Shown here one piece after another: positions 46,349-55,760 of a stretch of DNA of 64,000 nucleotides. The DNA is taken from positions 186,001 through 250,000 of the IMG/VR virus record IMGVR_UViG_3300046787_000200. One strand, given 5' to 3'. Numbering within the stretch: the stretch's first letter is position 1; each line of letters starts with the position of its first letter. The position numbers and the translations under genes are program-made. The notes beneath the pieces are model-generated. The model was not told the DNA's origin. It ran no database searches and saw only the letters and a list, made by a program, of their open reading frames with translations.

Positions 46349-46547
46349 AGTAGATGATGACGAAAGCTACGATACGGTCGAAATTGACTTACATCGTGGC
46401 TTTAGTCGCCCGAAACTAATCACAGTTAATCTTTGGGATGATGATACTGAACTACCTGAACATATCACAAAAAGACTTGAAAACGCAAGAATTAAAGCAT
46501 TGATGGCATATCATAGTAAATATACAAATGATTTTACCAAAGATTAA
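46266..46547 (+). CDS. Overlapping ORF with uncertain start
   Basis: Protein-like sequence after 46345 fills the gap; no convincing RBS or start. Confidence 0.4.
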   Translation: MPLKVPLPRQKRLQQQLLQNKTPSQLSEVDDDESYDTVEIDLHRGFSRPKLITVNLWDDDTELPEHITKRLENARIKALMAYHSKYTNDFTKD

Positions 46548-47244
46548 GCTTATCACCTTTTCAAATCAATGTTTAGAATATTCAGGGTTAGACACATTAG
46601 AAGATTGTTTTGATAAAGAGCATTTTTTAAACTATCCATATAAAGTTGAATATAAGTACAACTCTAGGGGATTCAGAGGGCCTGAATGGCCTTCTGATTT
46701 AACCAACGTATGTTGGTGTGTGGGAGATAGTTTTACAGCCGGCCTAGGCTCACCATTCAATCATACTTGGCACTATGTATTAGCAGAGAAATCAAATATA
46801 CAAACTGTAAATGTAAGTATGGACGGTGCTAGTAATTCTTGGATTTGTCGTAAAACTTTAGACTTGTTAACAATAAAACCAAAAAATATTATAATACAAT
46901 GGTCATATATTCATCGTAGAGAAACAGATAATATACATGATTTGGATGAAGTAAGGCGCATATATTCAATCAATACAACAACTGAGCAGGATATGCAACA
47001 TATTATTGATTGTATTGATAAAGTAGAATCAAATAAAGAACAAACAAATATAATTCATACATTTATACCAGCATGTGTTCCTGAATCAGAAAAGAAACAT
47101 TTTAAGGCACTAATAGAAAAGATGGATATAAACGTAGTTTTGTTTGACCAAGTAGATCGGGCAAGAGACGGTCATCATTATGATATCCAAACTAGTAGCA
47201 ACTTAGCAGAAAAGTTGATACAATCTAAATATATAAATATTTAA
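46528..47244 (+). CDS. SGNH/GDSL hydrolase-like protein
   Basis: NSRGFR, GDSFT.G, DGASN, RDGHH. Confidence 0.65.
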   Translation: MILPKIKLITFSNQCLEYSGLDTLEDCFDKEHFLNYPYKVEYKYNSRGFRGPEWPSDLTNVCWCVGDSFTAGLGSPFNHTWHYVLAEKSNIQTVNVSMDGASNSWICRKTLDLLTIKPKNIIIQWSYIHRRETDNIHDLDEVRRIYSINTTTEQDMQHIIDCIDKVESNKEQTNIIHTFIPACVPESEKKHFKALIEKMDINVVLFDQVDRARDGHHYDIQTSSNLAEKLIQSKYINI

Positions 47245-47328
47245 CGACATTTTTGTTGTATAAATAATTATGAAGTTAGGGTTCTTCATAAAAACCCAAC
47301 ACTTAAACACACACATAGGAGATATAAA

Positions 47329-47595
47329 ATGTTTAACACAGCAACTCACGCCTTTATCGACGGCGTTTCAGACTTCAAAAAGAAATTCGTAGAACAAACA
47401 GTTCAACACGATGGAATCAAAAATGCATTAAACGGTTTCGTTGATGCACAAACAAAATACACTAAATCAGCCGCAGATGCAGGTATGCAATCAGCAATGG
47501 CTTTGGGTTTGATTTTCTCAAGCAAAGATTTCTATACAGAAATGGGTGACCAGTTCAAATCAATGGTTCCTGCTTTCAACAAGAAAGCAAAGTAA
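47329..47595 (+). CDS. Helical hypothetical protein (phasin-like appearance)
   Basis: TAGGAG RBS; TATAAATA at 47259. Confidence 0.6.
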   Translation: MFNTATHAFIDGVSDFKKKFVEQTVQHDGIKNALNGFVDAQTKYTKSAADAGMQSAMALGLIFSSKDFYTEMGDQFKSMVPAFNKKAK

Positions 47596-47597
47596 TC

Positions 47598-47762
47598 ATG
47601 GTTGATGTATTAATGGCATTTGCCGCACTAATGGTCATCGCCTGTTTTGGTATGTTCATTGCTTTCATGCGCACACATAGTTTTGAGTTATCTAATACTT
47701 TTAACAGTGTTATGGAAGCGATAGAAGATATCAAATCTTACAAAGCGTCTAAGATGAAATGA
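47598..47762 (+). CDS. 54-aa membrane peptide (not in ORF track)
   Basis: Hydrophobic N-terminus; ATGA-coupled to the next gene. Confidence 0.55.
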   Translation: MVDVLMAFAALMVIACFGMFIAFMRTHSFELSNTFNSVMEAIEDIKSYKASKMK

Positions 47763-48334
47763 TTTACACATACCGCACGAACATATATAAGATACTTGAT
47801 TACAGTAGGCATTTAAAAAATCTTACTGACGAAGATAAAATTAGTCGCTTTGGATATCTGATTACAGATCACATGATAGACCAATTGATTTTAAATATGT
47901 GTTATAATCCTAGCGAACATGAATTATGGTATGCTAGAACAGATGATACACGTGTGGGATGGGGACACTTAGCAAGAAATCCCGACGGTAGTTGGGAGCT
48001 TGCTGTCTCGGTTGACCGAGAATTTCAACGACAAGGAATAGGAAACAAACTGATTTCAGAAATGTTAGAGTTTGCTAAATTCCATCATATATCCGAAATC
48101 TATATGCATTGCATTGAAGATAATCGTGTCATACAACATTTAGCATCAAAGCATGATTTGACTACAAGAGAACGAGGTGCAGGTGAGCGTACAGCCGCAT
48201 TGGAAGTTCCCGAGCCTACATTTGTTGAAGCTAATAAACAACTCTGGAAGGAACAAACAGAGATACTAAAAGAAATGGGTAAGTTACGCAGTCGTTTAAC
48301 AAACTTGTGGACTAATCCAATATTACCGAAATAA
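47759..48334 (+). CDS. GNAT-family acetyltransferase
   Basis: ELAVSVDREFQRQGIG acetyl-CoA motif. Confidence 0.85.
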   Translation: MIYTYRTNIYKILDYSRHLKNLTDEDKISRFGYLITDHMIDQLILNMCYNPSEHELWYARTDDTRVGWGHLARNPDGSWELAVSVDREFQRQGIGNKLISEMLEFAKFHHISEIYMHCIEDNRVIQHLASKHDLTTRERGAGERTAALEVPEPTFVEANKQLWKEQTEILKEMGKLRSRLTNLWTNPILPK

Positions 48335-48392
48335 TTGTATAACAATATAAAACTGTTATACTCAATACACATACACTTTTTAAGGAAATAAA

Positions 48393-48662
48393 ATGTCAGA
48401 CTTTACACCAAAAGTACCCGAAGTTAAATTTAACAAAAACGGTTACGAAATCCGATCAGATATCTTAGCTATGGCTAAAGACCTAGTTGGTCAAGAATAT
48501 CAAATGAAATTTCATGGTTGGGAAATGAGCGCCAAACGTGATGAGAAAACAGGTCAACTTGTTTCAACAGTTAACATGCCTGAGTTTCCAGGTCTAGAAA
48601 AGATTTTGGAAACTGCTGAAAAGATGTATGGCTTTGTAAATCAAAGTCAAACTAAAAAATAA
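48393..48662 (+). CDS. Conserved phage hypothetical protein
   Basis: NKNGYEIRSDILAMAK; AAGGA RBS. Confidence 0.75.
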   Translation: MSDFTPKVPEVKFNKNGYEIRSDILAMAKDLVGQEYQMKFHGWEMSAKRDEKTGQLVSTVNMPEFPGLEKILETAEKMYGFVNQSQTKK

Positions 48663-48679
48663 TTTATATTTAATTATTG

Positions 48680-48709
48680 AATAGGGTCTATTTTAGGCCC
48701 TATTTTTTT
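48680..48709 (+). terminator. Rho-independent terminator
   Basis: AATAGGGTCT...AGGCCCTATT plus T run. Confidence 0.8.
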
Positions 48710-48724
48710 GTAGATAAATACCAC

Positions 48725-49828
48725 ATGAATGTATTAATATTAACCCCAGATAGAGTAGGAAGTACCCTATTACAAAGACTGATAACTGTATACATGGCAG
48801 GACACAACTATGATAAACCTGTCATTAACCTACATGAACTCACTAATGGAATTGAGCCTTATTACAGTGATGTGTATAACCGAGAAGTATTAGGTAAACC
48901 AAAAAGCAGAGAATGGGGTTATTACCAAAGCCTAGAAGAAATAACAAATCTATTACATACTTCCGACCATTATAAAACATGTAGATTGGCTAGATATCAT
49001 ATCGTTCAACGTGGTGATAGTATGGCTGATCAAATTCAGTTTTACAAATATATCAATGATAACTTTTATGTTATATCTGCACGTAGAAATAATTTATTTG
49101 AACATGCTATTAGTTGGGGCATAGCAGGTGTCACTAAAAAATTAAATGTGTTTACGCATGAGGAAAAAATTGATACATTTTATAACATATATAAAAACGG
49201 TATAACTATTCATCCAACTAATTTAACCAATCATTTATATAGTTACAAAGAGTATATAAACTGGTGTGATACTTATTTTCAAGTAACATCATACTTTGAT
49301 TATGAAAAAGACTTAAAGAATATTGAACAATATATTTTAGGGTTAGATATATTCCCGGAACAAGAACGTAGAAGTTGGGAAGATATATTTTCAATTCCAT
49401 GGAGTGATTGGAATAAATGTCATAAACTAGTAAGTGATTTCGGTGCTACTGATATGAAATTACTTGCAGATTATAGCAATAAAGAAACATCAAAAGAATT
49501 AACTCCTGCATTATTGCAAACCAATTTAAGTTTAGCCGATCAAAATTATCTAGCCACACACGGTAAAAAATATGTAAGTGCATATAAAGGTATTGAGCAA
49601 TTAGTAAGACAGGGTGCATTAGTTTCAGGTGTACCTATTAAATTACAGACACTAGCAGAAAAGAAAAAAATCATAAAGAACTTTGATGAATGTGTTGAGG
49701 TATATAATAAATGGGTAGATGAAAACAACATGGGTGAGAAGTACACTAATGAGGAAATAAAACTGTTAGCTAATAATGAAGTCAAAGAATGGTATAGTGA
49801 AGTTCCGCAGACATTATTGATATCATAA
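48725..49828 (+). CDS. Sulfotransferase-like P-loop protein
   Basis: LTPDRVGSTLL; RRNNLFEHAISW; TAAATA 4 nt upstream. Confidence 0.55.
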   Translation: MNVLILTPDRVGSTLLQRLITVYMAGHNYDKPVINLHELTNGIEPYYSDVYNREVLGKPKSREWGYYQSLEEITNLLHTSDHYKTCRLARYHIVQRGDSMADQIQFYKYINDNFYVISARRNNLFEHAISWGIAGVTKKLNVFTHEEKIDTFYNIYKNGITIHPTNLTNHLYSYKEYINWCDTYFQVTSYFDYEKDLKNIEQYILGLDIFPEQERRSWEDIFSIPWSDWNKCHKLVSDFGATDMKLLADYSNKETSKELTPALLQTNLSLADQNYLATHGKKYVSAYKGIEQLVRQGALVSGVPIKLQTLAEKKKIIKNFDECVEVYNKWVDENNMGEKYTNEEIKLLANNEVKEWYSEVPQTLLIS

Positions 49829-49893
49829 GTTTTTTTTAGACACAACTAAAATATGATAACTACATGTGTAAAATATATTTTAGAGGAACCAAA

Positions 49894-50097
49894 ATGTCAG
49901 AACAAACGTCTAGTGATTCACTTACATTAACAATGAGCCCGGCTGATTTATCAGTTATGGCTAAAGCAATGGAAAAATCTGTGATTTCAATGCAAATGGA
50001 ATTTGCAGAATTAGAAAAAAAGGCAGTTATACTTAAACAAGATATAGACCGCCAAGTTGCTATGCTTAATATAATTAAATCGTCACTTAAAAGTTGA
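49894..50097 (+). CDS. Small coiled-coil protein
   Basis: GAGG RBS. Confidence 0.6.
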   Translation: MSEQTSSDSLTLTMSPADLSVMAKAMEKSVISMQMEFAELEKKAVILKQDIDRQVAMLNIIKSSLKS

Positions 50098-50125
50098 CAA
50101 TAATTAAACAAAAATACTACTTTTT

Positions 50126-50150
50126 GCCCCGTATCTTATGGGGCTTTTTT
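50126..50150 (+). terminator. Rho-independent terminator
   Basis: GCCCC-N9-GGGGC plus T6. Confidence 0.8.
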
Positions 50151-50161
50151 GTAGCCAAAAT

Positions 50162-50190
50162 TTGACAATAAATCATTTTGGGTCTATAAT
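50162..50190 (+). promoter_or_regulatory. Consensus sigma70 early promoter (repeat cassette)
   Basis: TTGACA-17-TATAAT; near-identical to the 50432 copy. Confidence 0.9.
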
Positions 50191-50219
50191 ACATGTATAG
50201 ATTGATTAAAGGAACTGAT

Positions 50220-50435
50220 ATGAACTTCACACAATACATGCTTGATTTTTATGGTCCAAATGGTATCTATCCACTGGGTTTCAATGCAACACAAATTAGT
50301 TTAGCTACCCAACTTTACAAAACCCGTCTACCCGAGGGTGAAGAATTCTACGGAGATACAGTAGACCGTGAACGTGTCCGTGATATCATCTTGGCCGCAC
50401 GTGAATCAGTGGTTCCCGAATACGCCAAAATTTGA
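50220..50435 (+). CDS. Hypothetical early protein
   Basis: FYGPNGIY...FYGDTVDRERVRDII; AAGGA RBS. Confidence 0.75.
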   Translation: MNFTQYMLDFYGPNGIYPLGFNATQISLATQLYKTRLPEGEEFYGDTVDRERVRDIILAARESVVPEYAKI

Positions 50436-50460
50436 CAATAAATCAGTTTGGGTATATAAT
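50432..50460 (+). promoter_or_regulatory. Consensus sigma70 early promoter (repeat cassette)
   Basis: TTGACA-17-TATAAT. Confidence 0.9.
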
Positions 50461-50492
50461 AGAATCTTAGACAGTCAACTAAAGGACACAAA

Positions 50493-50753
50493 ATGAAAGT
50501 AGAAACAGCATTGAAACAGATCCAAAAAGAAGCACAATTCTTGGGTCTGGGTGTTATGGAAACATTGCAGTTTATTGCACAAAATCCCTTAGCACAACCC
50601 GCTAAGACTTTGGAAGCTTTCAAGGTTCTCAACCCCAACTTTCAGTTCCCAAAGAAAAAGGTCAAGAATTTGATGACCGGCAAGGAAATTGAAATTGATG
50701 CAGATACCCCTAACTGTTGCAACCCTGCATCGGAAACTTATTGGTCAATGTAA
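50493..50753 (+). CDS. Hypothetical early protein
   Basis: VKNLMTG.E.EI..DTP.CC.P.SETYWSM. Confidence 0.75.
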   Translation: MKVETALKQIQKEAQFLGLGVMETLQFIAQNPLAQPAKTLEAFKVLNPNFQFPKKKVKNLMTGKEIEIDADTPNCCNPASETYWSM

Positions 50754-50754
50754 T

Positions 50755-50783
50755 TTGACATTAAATGGGCATTGTGCTATAAT
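50755..50783 (+). promoter_or_regulatory. Consensus sigma70 early promoter (repeat cassette)
   Basis: TTGACA-17-TATAAT. Confidence 0.9.
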
Positions 50784-50815
50784 AGAATCTTAAACAGTCA
50801 ACTAAAGGAAATAAA

Positions 50816-51082
50816 ATGTCAGCATTAACAAAGTATTTGGATCGTAAGAATTCTTTTGCTACACTCTTTGGTAGCAAGGTACTTAGCCTGCAAAATGCTA
50901 AGGATCGTCAAAGTATTGCCGATTCAATTGATTGTGACTTGAGTCCAGAGAATTTGACTTGTGACGGTGAGTTGCCCCGTAGCTTAGTTCAATCACGTTA
51001 TAAGGAATTGACTAAGGCGGCTTTTGAGTTGAAGAAATTGGATCCTTCAGTTAAGTTTTACGAATACGGTACAGAAGTTTAA
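50816..51082 (+). CDS. Hypothetical early protein
   Basis: LSPENLTCDGE. Confidence 0.75.
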   Translation: MSALTKYLDRKNSFATLFGSKVLSLQNAKDRQSIADSIDCDLSPENLTCDGELPRSLVQSRYKELTKAAFELKKLDPSVKFYEYGTEV

Positions 51083-51092
51083 GGAGAGACAC

Positions 51093-51836
51093 ATGCCAGG
51101 ATTTGTTAACGTATCACACATGACCAATCGTCAGATCCAACGCATGGGTCACGCTGATGACGACGGTGGCAATACATATCGCACAAGAACCAACACTAAG
51201 AAAATTGTGTTGAATTACAATGCCGACGATGTATGGGGTGCGGCAGTTCAGGCACAACGTATCAATAATGCTTATGTTAAGTTGAGTATGATTTCAGAGT
51301 CGGATCCTAATCTTACAAAACTATCCAATCGTATGATTGTTGAAAAGTTGTTAGCTGATCCATTCACTATTACCGATGAAGACCGTGAAGAAGGTAAAAA
51401 GGTTCGTGCATACTATCAAGCATTCACTTTCAAAATCTTGCAAGGCAAACGATTGAATGAGTTTGATAATACCGCAATGTTGATTGCCAACAGGGATGCT
51501 ATTACTAGCACTTATGATATTGCAGTTATTGCTAGTTTGCCCTCTGTATACGAGCGTGGTGTTAAACGTCAAACGGTTGATCAACGTATTAGTTTTGCTA
51601 AAGGTGGCTATATTAGTGCAATTGGTAATAAAGTATCACTTACTGTTGAAGTACTGAGGTCAATTTATTCACTTAAGTGGGCTACAACCTATATTACCGG
51701 TATTACAGATGATGACCAAGTTGTATTCTTTGCATATAAGAATGAATTAGAAGTAGGTAAGATGGTTGACATTTACGGTACTGTCAAAGCACATAGAGAT
51801 AATACTACCCAACTTAATCGTGTAAAGGTTATTTAA
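51093..51836 (+). CDS. Hypothetical protein with C-terminal OB-fold-like domain
   Basis: GTVKAH...TQLNRVK. Confidence 0.65.
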   Translation: MPGFVNVSHMTNRQIQRMGHADDDGGNTYRTRTNTKKIVLNYNADDVWGAAVQAQRINNAYVKLSMISESDPNLTKLSNRMIVEKLLADPFTITDEDREEGKKVRAYYQAFTFKILQGKRLNEFDNTAMLIANRDAITSTYDIAVIASLPSVYERGVKRQTVDQRISFAKGGYISAIGNKVSLTVEVLRSIYSLKWATTYITGITDDDQVVFFAYKNELEVGKMVDIYGTVKAHRDNTTQLNRVKVI

Positions 51837-52063
51837 TGAATACAGAATTGATTCAGAAATTGAAGTCGCAATGTATCTTCCGTGAACAACGAGGTACTAC
51901 TGCTTTTAACAGTTATATGGTTGATCGGTTTGATAGTGAAAAGTTTGCAGAACTGATTGTGAGAGAGTGTGACCGTTATGCCCGTAGTGTGTGGGAACAT
52001 GGTCCGTTGTTGGGTAGGGATTTGTTAATCCATTTTGGAGTTGAGGAGATGAGTGATGATTAA
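51836..52063 (+). CDS. KFAELIVREC/HFGVEE family small protein
   Basis: Shared motifs with the 55.5-58.4 kb paralogues. Confidence 0.75.
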   Translation: MNTELIQKLKSQCIFREQRGTTAFNSYMVDRFDSEKFAELIVRECDRYARSVWEHGPLLGRDLLIHFGVEEMSDD

Positions 52064-52184
52064 TTTTATTGTAGGTGTTATTGTAGGTATTGTTATTGCC
52101 ACTGTTGGATTTAGCGGTATCGCTAAAATGGCAGACAAAGGTGTTGACAAAGTTAAAGAAGTAACTATTGAACAGGTGAAATAA
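52056..52184 (+). CDS. 42-aa membrane peptide (not in ORF track)
   Basis: GAGGAG RBS; hydrophobic N-terminus. Confidence 0.6.
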   Translation: MINFIVGVIVGIVIATVGFSGIAKMADKGVDKVKEVTIEQVK

Positions 52185-52637
52185 ATGGGACTTGATATGT
52201 ATGCTTATGTTGCCAGCAAAAAAGGTCAACAAAGTGAGTTTTATGAAACTGCTGAGTTTGATGCAACCACTAGTGAGTTTGTAAGTAAAACAGTTACCAA
52301 GCCATACGAAATTGCTTATTGGCGTAAGCATCCTAACTTGCATGGTTGGATGGAAAAGTTGTGGTTACGCAAGAATGGGTACCCAACAAATTCTAATGAC
52401 CAATTCATTGAGGGTAAAGAACCACCAAGCTTCAATGGTATTGAACTTGAGCTAACGTGGGATGATTTGGATGAACTTGAACGAGTTATTCGTCATGGTC
52501 AACTTCCAAACACAGAAGGTTTCTTTTTTGGTAAGCCTTCTGATAATCGTTACTATGAACAAGACCTTGAGTTTGTAAACAACGCTAAAGCAGAAGTGTT
52601 CTTAGGATTAAAAGTATTTTATAATAGTAGCTGGTGA
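52185..52637 (+). CDS. Conserved phage hypothetical protein
   Basis: MGLDMY, YWRKHPNLHGWM, GFFFG, YNSSW. Confidence 0.8.
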   Translation: MGLDMYAYVASKKGQQSEFYETAEFDATTSEFVSKTVTKPYEIAYWRKHPNLHGWMEKLWLRKNGYPTNSNDQFIEGKEPPSFNGIELELTWDDLDELERVIRHGQLPNTEGFFFGKPSDNRYYEQDLEFVNNAKAEVFLGLKVFYNSSW

Positions 52638-53077
52638 TGCATAAGTTTTATTTCGCATATGGTATGAACACAAACATTGCCGAGATGGCTAATCGTTGCC
52701 CAAAAGCAACCAGTCTCGGTAAGTGTATATTAGAGAACTTTGAGTTAAGGTTCCGTACTCATGCAGATATTGACTTAGTGCCCGGCAGTTGTATGGAAGG
52801 TGTGCTATGGGAGATCACACCTGAATGTGAAGATGCATTGGATAGATTAGAAGGCTATCCTTATTATTACAATAAGATTAATGTAGTGGTCAATGACAAT
52901 ATCATTGCTATGGCTTACATTATGAATCAAAAAGGTAAAGAAGAGCCTCCCGGTTTAAGTTATGAAAAGTGTTTGATTGAAGGATACACATCACACGGAT
53001 TGAATGTTGATTGGTTGACAGAAACTATTGATGATGTTATAATGAATTATGAACTTAACGAAATACAGCAAAAATAG
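52637..53077 (+). CDS. Gamma-glutamylcyclotransferase-like (AIG2/GGCT)
   Basis: YFAYGMN, GVLWEI, LDRLEGYP. Confidence 0.85.
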   Translation: MHKFYFAYGMNTNIAEMANRCPKATSLGKCILENFELRFRTHADIDLVPGSCMEGVLWEITPECEDALDRLEGYPYYYNKINVVVNDNIIAMAYIMNQKGKEEPPGLSYEKCLIEGYTSHGLNVDWLTETIDDVIMNYELNEIQQK

Positions 53078-53444
53078 AGTAATGGAAACGTTTCAGCATT
53101 GGCATGTTCCTCGTGACTTTGCTGAGCCAATGTATAACTACCTTGTGTTTGGATACTATCCGGGTAGTTGTTTTACAAGTGTCCTTGCCAATGATTTTTT
53201 AGGTGCTATGTTCCGTAGTCATCCTAGCAATACTATTGAAGCATTTAAGGCTCTTGCTGGTTGGATGACTGATACTATCCCTAAACAAGCGCAAGGTAGT
53301 TACGGTGCAGTTGAAGATTGGATTAAGTTAGATGATGATGAACGCAGAACTATCCTTGAAAAGCACGATTTGATTTTCACTACTGAAAATGAATCTTGGA
53401 TGATTCTTAAAGATGAACCTATCAATGAAGTTGTATTATATTAA
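53049..53444 (+). CDS. Hypothetical protein
   Basis: PGSCFTSVLANDF. Confidence 0.75.
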   Translation: MNLTKYSKNRVMETFQHWHVPRDFAEPMYNYLVFGYYPGSCFTSVLANDFLGAMFRSHPSNTIEAFKALAGWMTDTIPKQAQGSYGAVEDWIKLDDDERRTILEKHDLIFTTENESWMILKDEPINEVVLY

Positions 53445-53453
53445 GGAAATGTA

Positions 53454-53939
53454 ATGGCTATACTATATCGTATTAAACCTGTAGACAAAAAATCAGTTGA
53501 AGCATTTTATGATGTTTACAAGCAAATGCCTGATGGCACTATCCGTGGTTGGAGTGTGACTGAACTCTATCGGTGGGGGCAAGGCTTTGTTGAAAATGAA
53601 GATGAACTGCCTTTTAGTGATGACCGGTATCATTGTGTCGATCCTACAATTGGTTGGGGATGTGAACTTGATGACCTCTGTGCAGTAGACTTTGAGTTTG
53701 ATGACAGTTTTACAGACGAAGAAAAGGCCGAGATTGAACAACACTGGGAAGACGGTGGTGCTGGATGGCTCTACGACGGGGAGCATGATTGGGAAGTTGA
53801 AGAGGATACATTCACTATTTTGGGTCCGTTCACGGTTGACAAAATAGACGAAGATGTGTATAATGTTAGTATTGAAACAGTAGAACTTAAACAGCGTCCA
53901 CCATTTGTAGCAACAACAGCGTGGCCATTCTCAGGATAA
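53454..53939 (+). CDS. Acidic hypothetical protein
   Basis: AAGGA RBS. Confidence 0.75.
   Translation: MAILYRIKPVDKKSVEAFYDVYKQMPDGTIRGWSVTELYRWGQGFVENEDELPFSDDRYHCVDPTIGWGCELDDLCAVDFEFDDSFTDEEKAEIEQHWEDGGAGWLYDGEHDWEVEEDTFTILGPFTVDKIDEDVYNVSIETVELKQRPPFVATTAWPFSG
53836..53864 (+). promoter_or_regulatory. Consensus sigma70 promoter inside a CDS, upstream of the ligase
   Basis: TTGACA-17-TATAAT with extended TG. Confidence 0.75.
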
Positions 53940-53942
53940 AAT

Positions 53943-54143
53943 ATGACAAATTTAGAAGTAAGAGAGAAGCTTTTGCAGGCACAAGATTTACTATCCGATG
54001 TTTATCATTGGGCTAAGCAACCACATACCAAGTTTACTGGTATGGATATGAATAGTCAGATAGCTAGGTACACAAGCGATGCCGATTCTTCTATTAATGA
54101 TTCCCTTGAGGAATTAAAACATCCCAATGGATGTATGCCTTAA
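53943..54143 (+). CDS. Hypothetical protein
   Basis: AGGA RBS. Confidence 0.65.
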   Translation: MTNLEVREKLLQAQDLLSDVYHWAKQPHTKFTGMDMNSQIARYTSDADSSINDSLEELKHPNGCMP

Positions 54144-54153
54144 GGAGTTAAGA

Positions 54154-55503
54154 ATGAGTGCAAGTTGGATTAATAAACTAAACGAATCAGATAGTCGCCT
54201 TCATAAGGAAGATGTACTCAAACAGGCATTAGAGGCAAGTGTCCTCGGTAGTGACAATGCTATCAAATTTTTGACATTGACTAAACTTACATATAATCCC
54301 TATGTGACATTCGGTGTCAGAAAAGTTCCTGATACTGTGGGCATCGTTGATGCAGAAAATCCTTGGGAAGACTTTGATAAACTATTGTGTGAGTTAGGTT
54401 CACGAGGCTTGTCAGGTAATGCCGCACTTGATGCTATCAATGAAATGAGTGAGCGGTTTAACAGTGACGAATGGAATACATTCTGTGCTCCTGTTATTCG
54501 CAGAGACTTACGAGCAGGTATTAGCGATAAGACAATCAATAAAGTTTGTAAAAAGACTGACTACGAGATTCCTGTATTCGGTTGTCAGTTAGCAACTAAC
54601 TGTGAAGGTCGCCCAGAGATGAAGGGTACTAAGCGTTTAGAGCCTAAACTTGATGGTGTGCGTGTATTGATGTTTGTGATTCCCGGTGCAGATTTCGGCA
54701 TCACTACAGTTTGCTATAGTCGTAATGGTAAAGTGTTTGATAACTTTACACATATTGAACAACAAGTTAGTGATAACTTTGTTAAGATTGTTCGTGCTTG
54801 TAATGGTACCGATCAAGGTCGTAGTTTGATTGATGGCTTTGTATTAGATGGTGAAGTGATTGGTAATACATTCCAAGAACTGATGCGACAGGCACGCCGT
54901 AAGACTGATGTACAAGCCGATGATAGTGTGTTTAATATCTTTGATATTATTCCATTAAGTGATTTCCGTCAAGGTCATTATAATGCACAATTGCGTAAGC
55001 GTATCGCATTACTTGATAGTATGCGCCCAGTCGTTGACGAAATGCCCAATGTAGAGTTGTTGCCACACATCATGGTTGACTTAGATACTGCGGCAGGCAA
55101 GGATCAGTTCAATAGATATTGTAGAGATATGGTAGAAGCTGGTTTTGAAGGTGTGATGATTAAAGAGTTAGAAGCACCATACATCTGTAAGCGTAGCACT
55201 GATTGGATGAAATATAAACCCACATTAACGGTAGATTTGGAGGTCGTATGTGTTGAAGAAGGTACTGGTAGAAACTTGGGAAGACTTGGAGCATTGGTTT
55301 GTCATGGAGTTGACGACGGGAAAGAAATTACAGTCAATGTGGGTAGTGGCTTTAGTGATGGTGATCGAGATGATTACTGGACTAATCGCAATCTGGTCAT
55401 TGGTCGAACTGCTGAAGTATTGTGTGATGTGATTACACAGAACAGGGATGGTACTTACAGTTTGCGTTTCCCTCGCTTTATTAGATTCAGGGATGACAAA
55501 TGA
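54154..55503 (+). CDS. ATP-dependent DNA ligase
   Basis: EPKLDGVR, SRNGK, LDGE, EGVMIK, WMKYK, VGSGFSD, SLRFPRF. Confidence 0.96.
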   Translation: MSASWINKLNESDSRLHKEDVLKQALEASVLGSDNAIKFLTLTKLTYNPYVTFGVRKVPDTVGIVDAENPWEDFDKLLCELGSRGLSGNAALDAINEMSERFNSDEWNTFCAPVIRRDLRAGISDKTINKVCKKTDYEIPVFGCQLATNCEGRPEMKGTKRLEPKLDGVRVLMFVIPGADFGITTVCYSRNGKVFDNFTHIEQQVSDNFVKIVRACNGTDQGRSLIDGFVLDGEVIGNTFQELMRQARRKTDVQADDSVFNIFDIIPLSDFRQGHYNAQLRKRIALLDSMRPVVDEMPNVELLPHIMVDLDTAAGKDQFNRYCRDMVEAGFEGVMIKELEAPYICKRSTDWMKYKPTLTVDLEVVCVEEGTGRNLGRLGALVCHGVDDGKEITVNVGSGFSDGDRDDYWTNRNLVIGRTAEVLCDVITQNRDGTYSLRFPRFIRFRDDK

Positions 55504-55760
55504 ACGAAAAGATTAAACTACTTGCCAAACAGGCTGGAGGCAATCCTAACTATAAAGCATTCAGGGGCCACCCCTTACCTCCCCCACCTGACTACATCGA
55601 TCCTGCTACAGTAGATTTGGCTAAGTTCGCAGAGTTGATTGTTCGGGAATGTGCCAGAGTTATTGATCGTGGCGATGGTGAAATGTCAAGTATGGATGAA
55701 ACCATTTGGTGCAATGTGTGTAGAGACGATATTTTAGAACATTTTGGAGTGGAAGAATGA
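55500..55760 (+). CDS. KFAELIVREC/HFGVEE family small protein
   Basis: Shared motifs. Confidence 0.75.
   Translation: MNEKIKLLAKQAGGNPNYKAFRGHPLPPPPDYIDPATVDLAKFAELIVRECARVIDRGDGEMSSMDETIWCNVCRDDILEHFGVEE

Noticed and set aside
50094-50122. Sigma70 promoter at TTGACA 50094 (also 52144)
   Set aside because: No acceptable -10 element at 16-18 nt.
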